This document shows positions 1 to 10,952 of a stretch of 64,000 nucleotides of DNA, in pieces. The DNA is from Nitrospinales bacterium (GTDB taxonomy: Bacteria; Nitrospinota; Nitrospinia; Nitrospinales; VA-1), in the NCBI GenBank assembly GCA_965223345.1, contig CBDCWG010000012.1, positions 640,001-704,000 on the forward strand, in the 5' to 3' direction. The notes beneath the pieces are model-generated. The model ran no database searches and was not told where the DNA came from. It saw only the letters and a list, made by a program, of their open reading frames with translations. Positions within the stretch are counted from its first letter, which is position 1, and every line of letters begins with the position of its first letter. The position numbers and the translations under genes were made by a program.

Positions 1-60
1 GGCGGTGAACACGAAAATCAGACAGAACAGCAGCACTTTCATGCGGACGGACGCGGACAT
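1..60 (-). CDS. flgI: 5' end of probable flagellar P-ring protein (runs off the window)
   Basis: Minus strand reads MSASVRMKVLLFCLIFVFTA (signal-peptide-like) after an AGGAG RBS at 71-75; directly downstream of flgH, the usual flgI position. Confidence 0.55.
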   Translation of the reverse strand, partial: MSASVRMKVLLFCLIFVFTA

Positions 61-105
61 CGAATGCATTCTCCTGAAAAAATGGAAACGGGAATCACGA
101 AAGCG

Positions 106-843
106 CTAAAACGGCCACACGAACGTGAGGATGCGCGTGAGCCAGCCCACGCGCTGTTCGTCGGCCACGACCCCTTCCCCGGTGTACGTGATCGACGCGT
201 TGGCGATGTAACGGGACGAGACGGTGTTGTCGAAATCGATGTCCACCTCGCGCACGATGCCCCGCAGCACCACGATCTGCTCTTCGTGGTTGACGGTGAC
301 CGAACGGCGGCCCTCGATGGCGAGGTTGCCGTTGGGAAGCTTATCCACCACCATGGCGGAGACGCGTGCGGACAAGCTGCCGGCGCGCGTGGTCGTGCCG
401 CTGCCCTGGTTGCTGCGGCTCAACGAGGCGGCGACGCGCGGATCGAAGGGATCGGCGGAGCCGAGGAAATTCGAGATCCCGAGCGAGCGGTCGATGCCGA
501 ACAGGCTCTGCCAGTCCATCTCCAGGTCGGAGTCTTTCGAGGTGTCGGTGGTGGCGCTCTGCGACGAGGTGGCGCTCTCATCGACCACAACGGTGACAAT
601 GTCGCCGACGTTGCGCGCCTTGGCGTCGATGAAAAACAGATTGTCCGCGGTGTCTCCCGGCCACATGGCGCCGTCGGCGCGTTGTGGCGGCGGCAATTCG
701 TACAGCCGTTCCGGGATCATCGGCTCTTTGGCGGCCACGATGCCCTTTTTCTGGGCGCAGCCCACCGCGCCGATCGCAGCCCACAACAATATCAGAACCG
801 TGCAGCCGCGCACCCTGCCCTTTTTTTTGCTCAAAAAGATCAA
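106..843 (-). CDS. flgH: Flagellar L-ring lipoprotein
   Basis: Lipobox AVGC; DAKARNVGDIVTV and LPNGNLAIEG motifs; C-terminal GWLTR..VWPF. Confidence 0.95.
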   Translation of the reverse strand: MIFLSKKKGRVRGCTVLILLWAAIGAVGCAQKKGIVAAKEPMIPERLYELPPPQRADGAMWPGDTADNLFFIDAKARNVGDIVTVVVDESATSSQSATTDTSKDSDLEMDWQSLFGIDRSLGISNFLGSADPFDPRVAASLSRSNQGSGTTTRAGSLSARVSAMVVDKLPNGNLAIEGRRSVTVNHEEQIVVLRGIVREVDIDFDNTVSSRYIANASITYTGEGVVADEQRVGWLTRILTFVWPF

Positions 844-871
844 TGCGAATTCCTTTGCGAGAGGATTGCTG

Positions 872-1618
872 TCAAAAGTTCACTTTCACGGTGTTGGCGT
901 CCACCACACGGGCGTACACCATTTTCTTGGTCTGGATGTTCAGCACCTGCACCAAGCTGTCCTTGAACCCCGGGGCGCGCACGATGCCCGGCGCGGTGAT
1001 CTTCATCATGCCCTTTTCGGCGACGATGATCACCTGATCGCCCTTGTCCACCAGCGGCGGGCGCTTGAGCGAATTCAGCGGGATCATCCGCCCCTTGGAA
1101 AGGGTGCGCTGCGCCTCCAGACCCACCACATCCTCCAGCCGCGTTGCGATGCGGCGCACGGGACGGTCGAATTTCATGGTCTCGACGCGCACGTCCTCTT
1201 CGGTGAGGATGTCGCCGCGCTTCACCCGGTGCCGGGTCCAGATCACATCGCGGTACGCGGTCAGCCGCGCTTCCAGACGCACCCGGCGTTGATACTTGCC
1301 GCCCACCTTCACGTTCAAACTCAAAGGAACGCGCCCGACGTTCAACCCGTTCACCGGCAGACGAAAATCGTAGTCCACTTTTCCCTTCGGCAGGACCAGA
1401 TCGGAGCCTTCGTAACGCACGGTCGGCTCCAGCGTGTCGTCTTCATCGATGAGGTGGCTGTGCAGAAATTCCAGCGCCTTGCTTTCGATGACTTCGCCCG
1501 TCACGCGCTGGGTGCCTGCGGCGTGCACCGTTTCAAACGTTGCAAGCGTGAGGATGCCGAACAGCACAACCGCCACAAGGCGTGCGGGCGTTTGCTTTCT
1601 ATTGGTAAGGTAGATCAT
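872..1618 (-). CDS. flgA: Flagellar P-ring formation chaperone
   Basis: SAF-like domain with PPLVDKGDQV and C-terminal VLNIQTKKMVYARV; lies between flgG and flgH. Confidence 0.9.
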   Translation of the reverse strand: MIYLTNRKQTPARLVAVVLFGILTLATFETVHAAGTQRVTGEVIESKALEFLHSHLIDEDDTLEPTVRYEGSDLVLPKGKVDYDFRLPVNGLNVGRVPLSLNVKVGGKYQRRVRLEARLTAYRDVIWTRHRVKRGDILTEEDVRVETMKFDRPVRRIATRLEDVVGLEAQRTLSKGRMIPLNSLKRPPLVDKGDQVIIVAEKGMMKITAPGIVRAPGFKDSLVQVLNIQTKKMVYARVVDANTVKVNF

Positions 1619-1630
1619 GGCGGGTCCCGG

Positions 1631-2419
1631 TTACCGTTTCATGTTGTTCGCGATCTGCAACATTTCGTCTGAAGTCTGAACGGTGCGCGAATTGACTTCG
1701 TAGGCGCGCTGCGCGGAGATGAGGTTCACCAGTTCTTCGACGACGCTGACGTTGGAGAGTTCCAGAAAACCCTGCTGCAGCGTGCCGCGGTCGTCGATGC
1801 CCGGACTGCCGATGGCGGGCGTTCCGGAGGCGTCGGTTTCGATGAACAGGTTGAAGCCTTCCGCCTGCAAGCCCGCTTCGTTCTGGAACGTGGCGAGCTG
1901 AATGGTGCCCACGACGGTGGGGGCGGTGGCGCCGGGCTGCGTGACCGAGATGCTGCCCTGGGGATCGATGGAGATCGTGAGCGCGTCCGGCGGGATGGTC
2001 AATGCCGGTTCAAGAGGTAAGCCGTCCGCGGTCACGACCTGTCCGGAGTTGTCGAGCTTGAAGGAACCCGCCCGCGTGTACGCGGTGGTGCCGTCGGCGC
2101 GGGCCACCTGAAAGAAGCCGCGGCCCTGAATCGCGATGTCGAGGCTGTTCTGGGTCTGGGCGAAATCGCCCTGCAGAAAGAGCTTCTGGATGGCGGAGGT
2201 CTTGGCCCCGAGACCGAGCTGCGCGCCGGTGGGAACCTGATTGCCATTGGGAGACAGGGTGCCGACCAGCCGCAGGTTCTGATACAGGAGGTCCTGGAAC
2301 TCGGGGCGGCTGCGCTTGAAACCCGCGGTGTTGACGTTGGCCAGGTTGTTGGAGATGACGCTGACGTTGAGCTCCTGGGCGTTCATGCCCGTCGCCGCGG
2401 TGTACAGGGATCGAATCAT
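1631..2419 (-). CDS. flgG: Flagellar distal rod protein
   Basis: [51 protein letters not shown]. Confidence 0.97.
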   Translation of the reverse strand: MIRSLYTAATGMNAQELNVSVISNNLANVNTAGFKRSRPEFQDLLYQNLRLVGTLSPNGNQVPTGAQLGLGAKTSAIQKLFLQGDFAQTQNSLDIAIQGRGFFQVARADGTTAYTRAGSFKLDNSGQVVTADGLPLEPALTIPPDALTISIDPQGSISVTQPGATAPTVVGTIQLATFQNEAGLQAEGFNLFIETDASGTPAIGSPGIDDRGTLQQGFLELSNVSVVEELVNLISAQRAYEVNSRTVQTSDEMLQIANNMKR

Positions 2420-2476
2420 GGAAGCGTTCTCTTTCTAGATAAATGGAATGGAGCCGATGGGGTTGGGGCGCAAACG

Positions 2477-3262
2477 TCAGCCCACCCGGCCCAGGCTGTT
2501 CACCACCTGGTCGTCGGCTTCGTCGATGGACTGGATCACCTTCTGATACGCTTCAAACGCGCGCAGGGTGATGATCATCTGGGTCATCTCTTCCACCGAG
2601 TTCACGTTCGAGGTCTCCAGAAACCCCTGGGAGACCACCACCTGCTCCGGTTTTCCGGGTTTCGCGTTCGAGCTGAACAGACCGTCGCCCTCTTTCGAGA
2701 GCACCGACGGGTCTTTAAAGTCAGCGAGCTGCAATTTCCCCAACGGCTGGTTGGACAATCCTTTGCCGATGGATACGTTGCCCAGGGCATCGATGGTGAT
2801 CGTGCCGCCCTGGGAGGAATCGATTTTGATGGGTTTGCCGTTGTCGGCGAGGACCTTGTAGCCTTCCTGGGTGGCCAGAAACGCGTCGGGACTGAGCTTG
2901 AAGTTGCCGTTGCGCGTGTAACGGTTGCCCTGCGGCGTCTCGACGACGAAATAGCCTTCGCCTTCGAGTGCGATGTCCAGCGCGTTGCCGGTCTGTCTCA
3001 GGGTGCCCTGGCCGGTGTCGGTGAAAAAATCGGTGATGCCGACGTAGGAAGCGTCAAAAGCGGGCTGAGTTCCGGGAACCGGAACGTTGAGCCCCTGACC
3101 GGGACTGGCGGCGGCGTTGAAGGGCGGGATCATTTCGCGAAACACCATGCCGTCCCGCTTGAAACCCATGTTGCCCAGATTCGCCAGGTTGTTGGCGATG
3201 GTCTGCATCTTGCGTTCCTGTTTGAACGCTCCCGACGCAGCGATGTAAATGCCTTCCTGCAT
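2477..3262 (-). CDS. flgF: Flagellar proximal rod protein
   Basis: ANNLAN..GFK, TGNALDIALEGEGYF, YTRNGNF, LETSNVN; GAGG RBS before ATG 3262. Confidence 0.9.
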   Translation of the reverse strand: MQEGIYIAASGAFKQERKMQTIANNLANLGNMGFKRDGMVFREMIPPFNAAASPGQGLNVPVPGTQPAFDASYVGITDFFTDTGQGTLRQTGNALDIALEGEGYFVVETPQGNRYTRNGNFKLSPDAFLATQEGYKVLADNGKPIKIDSSQGGTITIDALGNVSIGKGLSNQPLGKLQLADFKDPSVLSKEGDGLFSSNAKPGKPEQVVVSQGFLETSNVNSVEEMTQMIITLRAFEAYQKVIQSIDEADDQVVNSLGRVG

Positions 3263-3289
3263 GTGCACCTCCCTCGTTCGCTCTCATCA

Positions 3290-3306
3290 AGCAAACTCTA
3301 TACCAA
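3290..3306 (-). promoter_or_regulatory. Sigma-54 (-24/-12) promoter for the flgFG operon
   Basis: Minus strand TTGGTATAGAGTTTGCT = GG-N10-GC with TTGC, about 28 nt upstream of flgF. Confidence 0.65.
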
Positions 3307-3594
3307 AGACTTTGATTTACCCGGACTTGCCGCCGCAAGGGGAAAACTCGCGTCCGCCAGCGTTTGCCGCAAAAAACAAAAATGTGATCCAGGATGCAAA
3401 ATTTTCCGCAAGCGCAGACGATCCCGGAACTTTATTCCCCATGCACGCGGCCAACAAAATTCAATGACAGGGACACGCGGACCGGTCCCGAATCGCCGGC
3501 CTTGTTTTTTATGACCGTGGTATAATTGCAAACTCGATCCCGTATGCAACGGCTTGATTCATTCAGACTCCATGCTCATTTTGAGGATTTAACC

Positions 3595-3912
3595 ATGAAG
3601 ACGATTTCAATCGATGAATTGCACGACGCGCTGCCCAACCTGAAAGAAAACGATCTCATCCTCGACGTGCGTTCGCCCGCCGAATTTCGGGAAGGTCACA
3701 TTGCCGGCGCACGCAACGTCGGCCATGAAGACGTGGGCTCCATCGCCGACGAGTTGAAAAAACACGACACGGTCTACGTGCACTGCAAAATGGGCGGGCG
3801 CGCGAAACTGGCGTCCGAGATCCTGACCCAATCCGGTCTCGACAACATCGTGTGTGTCGGCGATGGCGGCATGCACAAATGGATGGAACAGGGCTGGCCC
3901 GTCGAAAAATAA
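3595..3912 (+). CDS. Rhodanese-like sulfurtransferase domain protein
   Basis: LDVRSPAEF..GHIAGA and VHCKMGGRA active-site loop; GAGG RBS before ATG 3595. Confidence 0.9.
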   Translation: MKTISIDELHDALPNLKENDLILDVRSPAEFREGHIAGARNVGHEDVGSIADELKKHDTVYVHCKMGGRAKLASEILTQSGLDNIVCVGDGGMHKWMEQGWPVEK

Positions 3913-3931
3913 TCACCGAGCCGCATCCCGC

Positions 3932-3969
3932 AGGGGGAACTCCGCAAACGCAAGGGGTTCCCCTTTTTC
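3932..3969 (+). terminator. Intrinsic terminator
   Basis: GGGGAACTCC...GGGGTTCCCC stem followed by TTTTT. Confidence 0.75.
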
Positions 3970-4189
3970 ATGCCGACCGTTCGTCTGCGCCCGGCGCTCG
4001 CAACGCTGAAACATTTTGATTCAACGGAGCGAAAAGCCGTATACTGTGGTTTGTGAGGCCGCTCACATTTCTCCTGGGGCCAGAACGTTTCACTTCGGGA
4101 GCGGAGTGAGAACGAAGCCTCGATTCGCTTGCGCTGAACGGGAGACCGTGGACAACGTCCCCGCGTCTGTATTCGTTTCCTTACGAGCT

Positions 4190-5554
4190 ATGGACCCTAG
4201 AAAACCCCTGTCCCTGCTGATTTCCGCATTTCCTTTCGTCTATTTCACCGAGTCGTTTTCCGACCCGCGTGAGTTCGGCAATGCGCGGGTCGAGTATTAC
4301 AAGAACGCGCTGGCGCCTCAGGGAAAACCGGACTGCAAACCGACGGCGGATGAACTGCTGCGCGACCTGTTTGCCTCGGAAGAGGAACTGAAAGCGTTTT
4401 ACTCGATTCTCCTGAAGGAAGGACGGGTCGAAGACAGAGAGTTCCGTCTCAAGGACCAGGACACCGCCCGCATATCGAGCCGCATCACCCGCATGAAACC
4501 GGGGTCGTATTGTCTGCAGGGTTATTTTGCCGGCACCACACGGCATCAGGCGCCCCCCTCTCCCGTAGCAAAGACGGAAACCCTCCACCCTTTGCCGGCA
4601 CAGGATGACGAGAAGCAGGAGAGCGACGGGATCCTCGGAACCTCCCGCGCCATCGAAAAGGTGGTGGCGGCGGTCGCCAAAATCGGTCCGCTGGACACGC
4701 CGGTGCTGCTGGAAGGCGAGCCGGGCTGCGGAAAAAAACACATCGCCCAGGTCATTCACCGCACGAGCCCGCGCGCCGAACGGCCGTTTGTGACGGTGAA
4801 CTGCGACGCATTGTCCGAAACGCTGCTCGATTCGGAGCTGTTCGGCCACACTGAGGGCGCGTTCGCCGGAGCGGAGCACGAATCGGTGGGCCTCATCGAA
4901 AAGGCGGAGGGCGGCACGCTCTACCTCGAGGAACTGGGCGCCCTGCCGATGAGCGTTCAGTACAAACTGCTGCGCCTGTTGCAGGAAGGGGAAATCATGC
5001 CGCTGGGGAGCATGAAAAGCCTGGAGGCGGATGTGCGCCTGATCGCGGGCTGCGACGGCGGGCTGGAAAAACAGGTGGCGGACAAAACCTTCAATGAAGA
5101 GCTGCACCGCCGCATGCAACTGTTCGCGCTCAAAATCCCGCCCCTCCGGGAGCGGGAGGACGACGTGCTCCTGCTGGCCGATCATTTTCTGCAGCAATCC
5201 GGCGCCCCCAACCCGCCCGCACTGTCCCGGTCCGCAGCGCTGGCTTTGAAGGGGCAGCGCTGGCCGGGCAACATCCGCGAGTTGAAGGGGGTGGTGCAGC
5301 GGGCGGCGCTGCTGTGTGAGGGCGGACTGCTGACCGAGGACCACCTGCCCCTCCCGGGCCCTGTGAAAACGGCGGCCCCCCCGGTGGCAGAGCCTCCTTC
5401 CGGGTCGCCACCCAAGGATGCGGGGATGCGGCAGCGGATTCTCGACTGCCTGGAAAAAAACCGCTGGAACAAGACCCAGACCGCCCGGGACCTCAATATC
5501 TCGCGGGCGACGCTGTGGCGCAGGATCAAGGAATTTTCCATCTCTTCTTCCTGA
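4190..5554 (+). CDS. NtrC/Fis-family AAA+ transcriptional regulator with divergent motifs
   Basis: GEPGCGK Walker A, VNCDAL, SELFGHTEGAFAGA, WPGNIREL, C-terminal Fis HTH; start uncertain (ORF open from 4016). Confidence 0.85.
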   Translation: MDPRKPLSLLISAFPFVYFTESFSDPREFGNARVEYYKNALAPQGKPDCKPTADELLRDLFASEEELKAFYSILLKEGRVEDREFRLKDQDTARISSRITRMKPGSYCLQGYFAGTTRHQAPPSPVAKTETLHPLPAQDDEKQESDGILGTSRAIEKVVAAVAKIGPLDTPVLLEGEPGCGKKHIAQVIHRTSPRAERPFVTVNCDALSETLLDSELFGHTEGAFAGAEHESVGLIEKAEGGTLYLEELGALPMSVQYKLLRLLQEGEIMPLGSMKSLEADVRLIAGCDGGLEKQVADKTFNEELHRRMQLFALKIPPLREREDDVLLLADHFLQQSGAPNPPALSRSAALALKGQRWPGNIRELKGVVQRAALLCEGGLLTEDHLPLPGPVKTAAPPVAEPPSGSPPKDAGMRQRILDCLEKNRWNKTQTARDLNISRATLWRRIKEFSISSS

Positions 5555-5732
5555 GTTCTCAGGTTTACGGCTTTTTTTTCAATCCTTCCGATTCGATGGA
5601 AACCTTCCGGAGCCTATGGTAGAATCCCCAGCTTGATGACAGCCTATCCGGATACCGTGCCATCGACAGCGAGCCATTCAGGGCGAACGGTGAAAATGGC
5701 GTCCGGGAACGCCCCGGTTGAGAAACGCCCTT

Positions 5733-6217
5733 ATGGAAAACAAACGCATCGCCATTTACCCCGGCACTTTCGACCCGGTGACCAACGGCCACATCGACAT
5801 CATGCGCCGGGCGATCCGTTTGTTCGACCGCCTGGTGGTGGCGGTCGCGCTCAATCCCGGCAAGGGCCCGCTGTTTTCGCAGGACGAGCGGGTGGCTTTC
5901 ATCCGCGAGGCGCTCAACGACACCGGCAATGTGGAAGTGGTGCCGTTCAACAGCCTGTTGACGCATTTCGCCCATTCCAAGGGGGCGACGGTCATCATCA
6001 AGGGACTGCGTGCGGTCTCGGATTTCGAGTTCGAGCTGCAGATGGGCCTGATGAACCGCAACCTCGATGAAACGCTGGAAACTCTGTTCATGATTCCGAG
6101 CCAGGAGTATTCGTTTTTGAGTTCCAACCTGGTCAAAGAGATCGCACGCCACGGCGGGGAAATCTCCAACCTGGTTCCGCCGGGTGTGCAAAAAAGATTC
6201 GAAGAACGCTCACCACA

Positions 6218-6221
<4 letters not shown>
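5733..6221 (+). CDS. coaD: Phosphopantetheine adenylyltransferase
   Basis: IAIYPGTFDPVTNGHIDI, GLRAVSDFEFE, SFLSSNLVKEIA. Confidence 0.97.
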
Positions 6222-7411
<1,190 letters not shown>

Positions 7412-7478
7412 AACTCAAAGGACGGCTGTGGCCAAACCGGGGAACCGGGTGCGTGGAAAAGGGAAGATGTTATGCGAA

Positions 7479-7718
7479 TCAGTGGGTTGTGGGCTGGACG
7501 TTCTGCTTCTGACTTCTCTTGTAATCGAGGACTCTCTGCTCGATGTTGGAGCGGCAGCGTTTCGCCTTGCAGTTGCCGGTTCCGACACCGATTTTCCGCC
7601 TGAGGGCCTCAAATGACAGACAGCCCCCCCGGATGGCCTGCATGATGGTGCCTGCCTTGATGCTTCTGCAGATGCAGACTTTCTTAAAATTATCTATTAA
7701 TTCCTTTTGAGAGCTCAA
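7479..7718 (-). CDS. BFD-like [2Fe-2S]-binding small protein
   Basis: VCICRSI and GTGNCKAKRC cysteine pattern. Confidence 0.75.
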   Translation of the reverse strand: MSSQKELIDNFKKVCICRSIKAGTIMQAIRGGCLSFEALRRKIGVGTGNCKAKRCRSNIEQRVLDYKRSQKQNVQPTTH

Positions 7719-7788
7719 AGCCGTTCCGGGGTTCAGGTTATCTTTCCCTTATGACTTCCACTATAAACCATGTTCGACCGAAAACCCA

Positions 7789-9375
7789 GTGCAAACCCTT
7801 AAAAATATGCGGTTTTGGATCTTATCGACCCTGACCGGCCTGGCTTTAATCCTTGTATTCCCTAGGTTTGACCTGAGTTTTCTGGCCTGGTTCGCGCTCG
7901 TGCCGCTGTTTTTCGCCCTGTGGGGGCAACCGGCCCGCAGGGTGGCCCTGGGAGGGTTCTGGGCGGGGTTCGTGTTCTATTTTTTCGGGCTCAACTGGGT
8001 CACCAACACCCTGTCGAATTATGGGAACATTCCCCTTGTTTTGAGCTATTTGATCCTCGCCCTGCTCGCCGCTTATCTCGCTTTTTACTTTTCCGTGTTC
8101 TGTGTGCTGTCGCTGCGTTTCTGCCGCGGCCAGCCGCTGCTTTTTTTCCTGCTGACGCCGGCGCTCTGGACCTCGCTGGAATGGCTGCGCTCAACCCATT
8201 TGAAATACGGCTTTTCCTGGCTCGGCCTCGGATATTCGCAGGTGCCCTTCCCGTCGCTGATCCAGATCGCAGAAATCACAGGGATCTATGGCGTGTCGGC
8301 GTTGATCGTGGCGGTCAACTCGGCTGTGTTTCTGGCCCTGAAGGAGGGGCTCGAGCGCGATCCGGACACGCCCTTTCTGCGCGGACAGGGGGCGCGCATC
8401 CTCGCGGTGGCGCTGTTGCTGTTCGGGGGTTTCTGGGGCTACGGCACGGCGGCGCTCAAACGCTGGGAGGGTTTCGCATCGGGCAAGGCGACGCTGACCG
8501 TGGGACTGGCGCAGGGGAACATCGACCAGGCCATCAAATGGAACCCGCTGTTTCAGGACCAGGTTCTGAACACCTACAAAAACCTGACGCTGGAAGCGGC
8601 GCGCTCGGATCCGGACCTGATCGTGTGGCCGGAAGCGGCGATTCCGTTTTTCTACCCGCTCGACCGGGAAAGCTCGGCGGTGCTGGAAGCCATCGTGGAT
8701 GATGCCGGGGTTCCGCTGTTGTTCGGCAGCCCGTTCAAAACCGACGGGGCAGACGGGACGGTGCTGTTCAACAGCGCCTACCTGCTCTCGCCGCAAAGCC
8801 GGATCGGCGGCCGCTACGACAAGCGGCACCTGGTGCCGTTCGGCGAGTTCGTGCCGTTTCAGAACGTGCTGTGGTTCGTGGAAAAAATGGTGGAGGGCGT
8901 CGGCAATTTCGGCCGCGGCGAAGACATGACCCTGTTCGACCTTGAGCAGCACCGCTTCGGGGTGTCGATCTGTTTTGAGATCACCTTTCCGGACCTGGTA
9001 CGGCAACCGGTGAAACAGGGCGCGCATTTTCTGGTCAACATCACCAACGACGCCTGGTTCGGCAAAAGCGCCGCTTCCTACCAGCACATGGCGATGGCGG
9101 CGATGCGCGCGGTGGAGAACCGCGTGCCCATCGTGCGCGCCGCCAACACAGGCGTGACCGGGACGATCGATCCGACTGGCCGGATGCGCGAGAGAACGGA
9201 ACTGTTCACCAAAGCGCTGGTCGTGACCGGCATCGTTCCCAATGAAGGTGGGCGCACGGTTTATTCACGTTACGGCGACGTGTTCAGCCACGCCTGCCTC
9301 GCCGTCACGGTTTTTCTGATCGCGCTGCGCAAACGGCTGTTTCCCGCTGCGCCGGAGACCGCTCCGCTCACCTAG
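7789..9375 (+). CDS. lnt: Apolipoprotein N-acyltransferase
   Basis: Multiple TM helices; QGNI, WPEAA, YDKRHLVPFGE, ICFEITFP, TNDAWFG, RAVENR. Confidence 0.96.
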   Translation: MQTLKNMRFWILSTLTGLALILVFPRFDLSFLAWFALVPLFFALWGQPARRVALGGFWAGFVFYFFGLNWVTNTLSNYGNIPLVLSYLILALLAAYLAFYFSVFCVLSLRFCRGQPLLFFLLTPALWTSLEWLRSTHLKYGFSWLGLGYSQVPFPSLIQIAEITGIYGVSALIVAVNSAVFLALKEGLERDPDTPFLRGQGARILAVALLLFGGFWGYGTAALKRWEGFASGKATLTVGLAQGNIDQAIKWNPLFQDQVLNTYKNLTLEAARSDPDLIVWPEAAIPFFYPLDRESSAVLEAIVDDAGVPLLFGSPFKTDGADGTVLFNSAYLLSPQSRIGGRYDKRHLVPFGEFVPFQNVLWFVEKMVEGVGNFGRGEDMTLFDLEQHRFGVSICFEITFPDLVRQPVKQGAHFLVNITNDAWFGKSAASYQHMAMAAMRAVENRVPIVRAANTGVTGTIDPTGRMRERTELFTKALVVTGIVPNEGGRTVYSRYGDVFSHACLAVTVFLIALRKRLFPAAPETAPLT

Positions 9376-9388
9376 CGTGCGCGTTCGG

Positions 9389-10267
9389 TCACTGTGTGAC
9401 GATGTGCTTTAAAACCACCTCCACGTTTTCGTCTCCCGCCTGCACGATCTGCTGACCGACGATGTCCCCCGGACCGGCGCGGGCGTCGCCATCGCGGTCG
9501 ATGCGGGCGGTCAGCGACATCGTGCCGGTGAATTCGGCGCCCGGCATCATCACATCCTGCGTTCCCAGTGAGAAGTTATGCGGAAACTCGACCGCCTCCA
9601 GCCTTTTCACGGCGATGGGAATCCCCTGTTCCTGCCCGTGCGCGCGGGCGATGAGAAACAGCTTCCAGTTGTCGGGCAGATCCTTGGCGACACTCGGGTC
9701 GAGACGCAGCGTGCCGGTGACGGAACTTTTTTTGCCTTCGACGATGCGGTTCAACACGATGTTCACCTGCTTGTCGCCGGCCTGCGCGACGATGTCGCCC
9801 TCGATGTCTCCGGGCGAGGCCTTGGCGTTGCCGTCCTGATCCAGCCGGGCGGTGATGCGGATGCTGCCGTCGAACTGATTTCCCTCAAGCATCACGTCCG
9901 CGGGACCGATAGAATAGTCAAAGGGGAGTTGCACCCGGCTGTGCCGTCTGGCGGCAAGCGGCGGTCCTCCCTCTACGCCCTCGGGCCGGGCGATGATGAA
10001 CAGCCGCGCCTGATCCGGCAGGGCGTTTTCGTGCTCCGCAGCAAGCGTGACGGTGCCTGAAATCACTTTCGCCTTGAGGGCGGGATCGTTCTGCTTGATG
10101 ATTTTCTGCTTCATGCTCTGCGGCAGCGGGTGTTCCTTGAGCTCCTTCTCGCAGCCCAAAAGAAGAGGGACCCACAACCCGGCAATCAGTAAGGCTCGCT
10201 TTTTCAATAGATTTCTCCGACTTTCGATGAGATTGCAGAAATTGAAACCATTTGCTTTCCCAAACAT
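9389..10267 (-). CDS. Lipoprotein with two tandem CycH/CcmI C-terminal-like Ig domains
   Basis: LLLGC lipobox; two repeats of LF(I/L)IAR..G.P.A..R...(L/F)P....G..DVM..G..F.G....TAR(L/I)D.DG.A...PGDI.G; start uncertain. Confidence 0.7.
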   Translation of the reverse strand: MFGKANGFNFCNLIESRRNLLKKRALLIAGLWVPLLLGCEKELKEHPLPQSMKQKIIKQNDPALKAKVISGTVTLAAEHENALPDQARLFIIARPEGVEGGPPLAARRHSRVQLPFDYSIGPADVMLEGNQFDGSIRITARLDQDGNAKASPGDIEGDIVAQAGDKQVNIVLNRIVEGKKSSVTGTLRLDPSVAKDLPDNWKLFLIARAHGQEQGIPIAVKRLEAVEFPHNFSLGTQDVMMPGAEFTGTMSLTARIDRDGDARAGPGDIVGQQIVQAGDENVEVVLKHIVTQ

Positions 10268-10491
10268 CCTAATAACAGAGCGTCCCTTGACGGCGACTGT
10301 GCCCAAAAGGACGCACACAGCAAGGATGACTTTGGAAATCGCAAGGTTTCGCCCGGCGCCCGTCCAAGCCCGGGATTTCAACCGGTTCATTCCTATGATA
10401 CCCCAAAGTATCAAGCACTCAAACCGCGACGGAACGAATCATCCTGGTTTTATTTCTGCATCTGGATTCGGGGGGCGCGGAGGAAAATTCT

Positions 10492-10698
10492 ATGTTCCAT
10501 CAGGTAAAAATCATCGATCCGAAAGGGAAAGTCAAAAAAATTCTGTCGCCCAAAAAGCTGAGTAAGAGTTACTGGGGAGAGTTTTTCGACCCGGACAACA
10601 AATCCCGGCAAAAATCGCCGAGAAGGAAAAAAACCAAACCGGTCAGAAACAGGAAAGCCGATCTGAGTTACGATCCGGTTTACTTCTCCGAAGACTGA
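10492..10698 (+). CDS. Small basic hypothetical protein
   Basis: 68-aa Lys-rich ORF with GGAGG RBS upstream. Confidence 0.6.
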   Translation: MFHQVKIIDPKGKVKKILSPKKLSKSYWGEFFDPDNKSRQKSPRRKKTKPVRNRKADLSYDPVYFSED

Positions 10699-10952
10699 AA
10701 TTTCAGGGAGACCCTTTAGATGGCCTGACTCCTAATCCTCCACCAAAGGTTGAGTTGGAACATTTTAAAATTTCCCTGATTACGTGAGGGGGAATCCCTG
10801 CGGTTTCCCCTCGCGTGCCCCATTCCCCGCCTCACCCATTTAAAAACCACTCCCATAAAAAATAAAACCCGTGTTCTACACAAACGAAACCGCGTGCGCG
10901 CAAACACAGCGCAAGGGGTGGGGTCTGCGAATGTTTCGGAGAGGGGTTGCGG

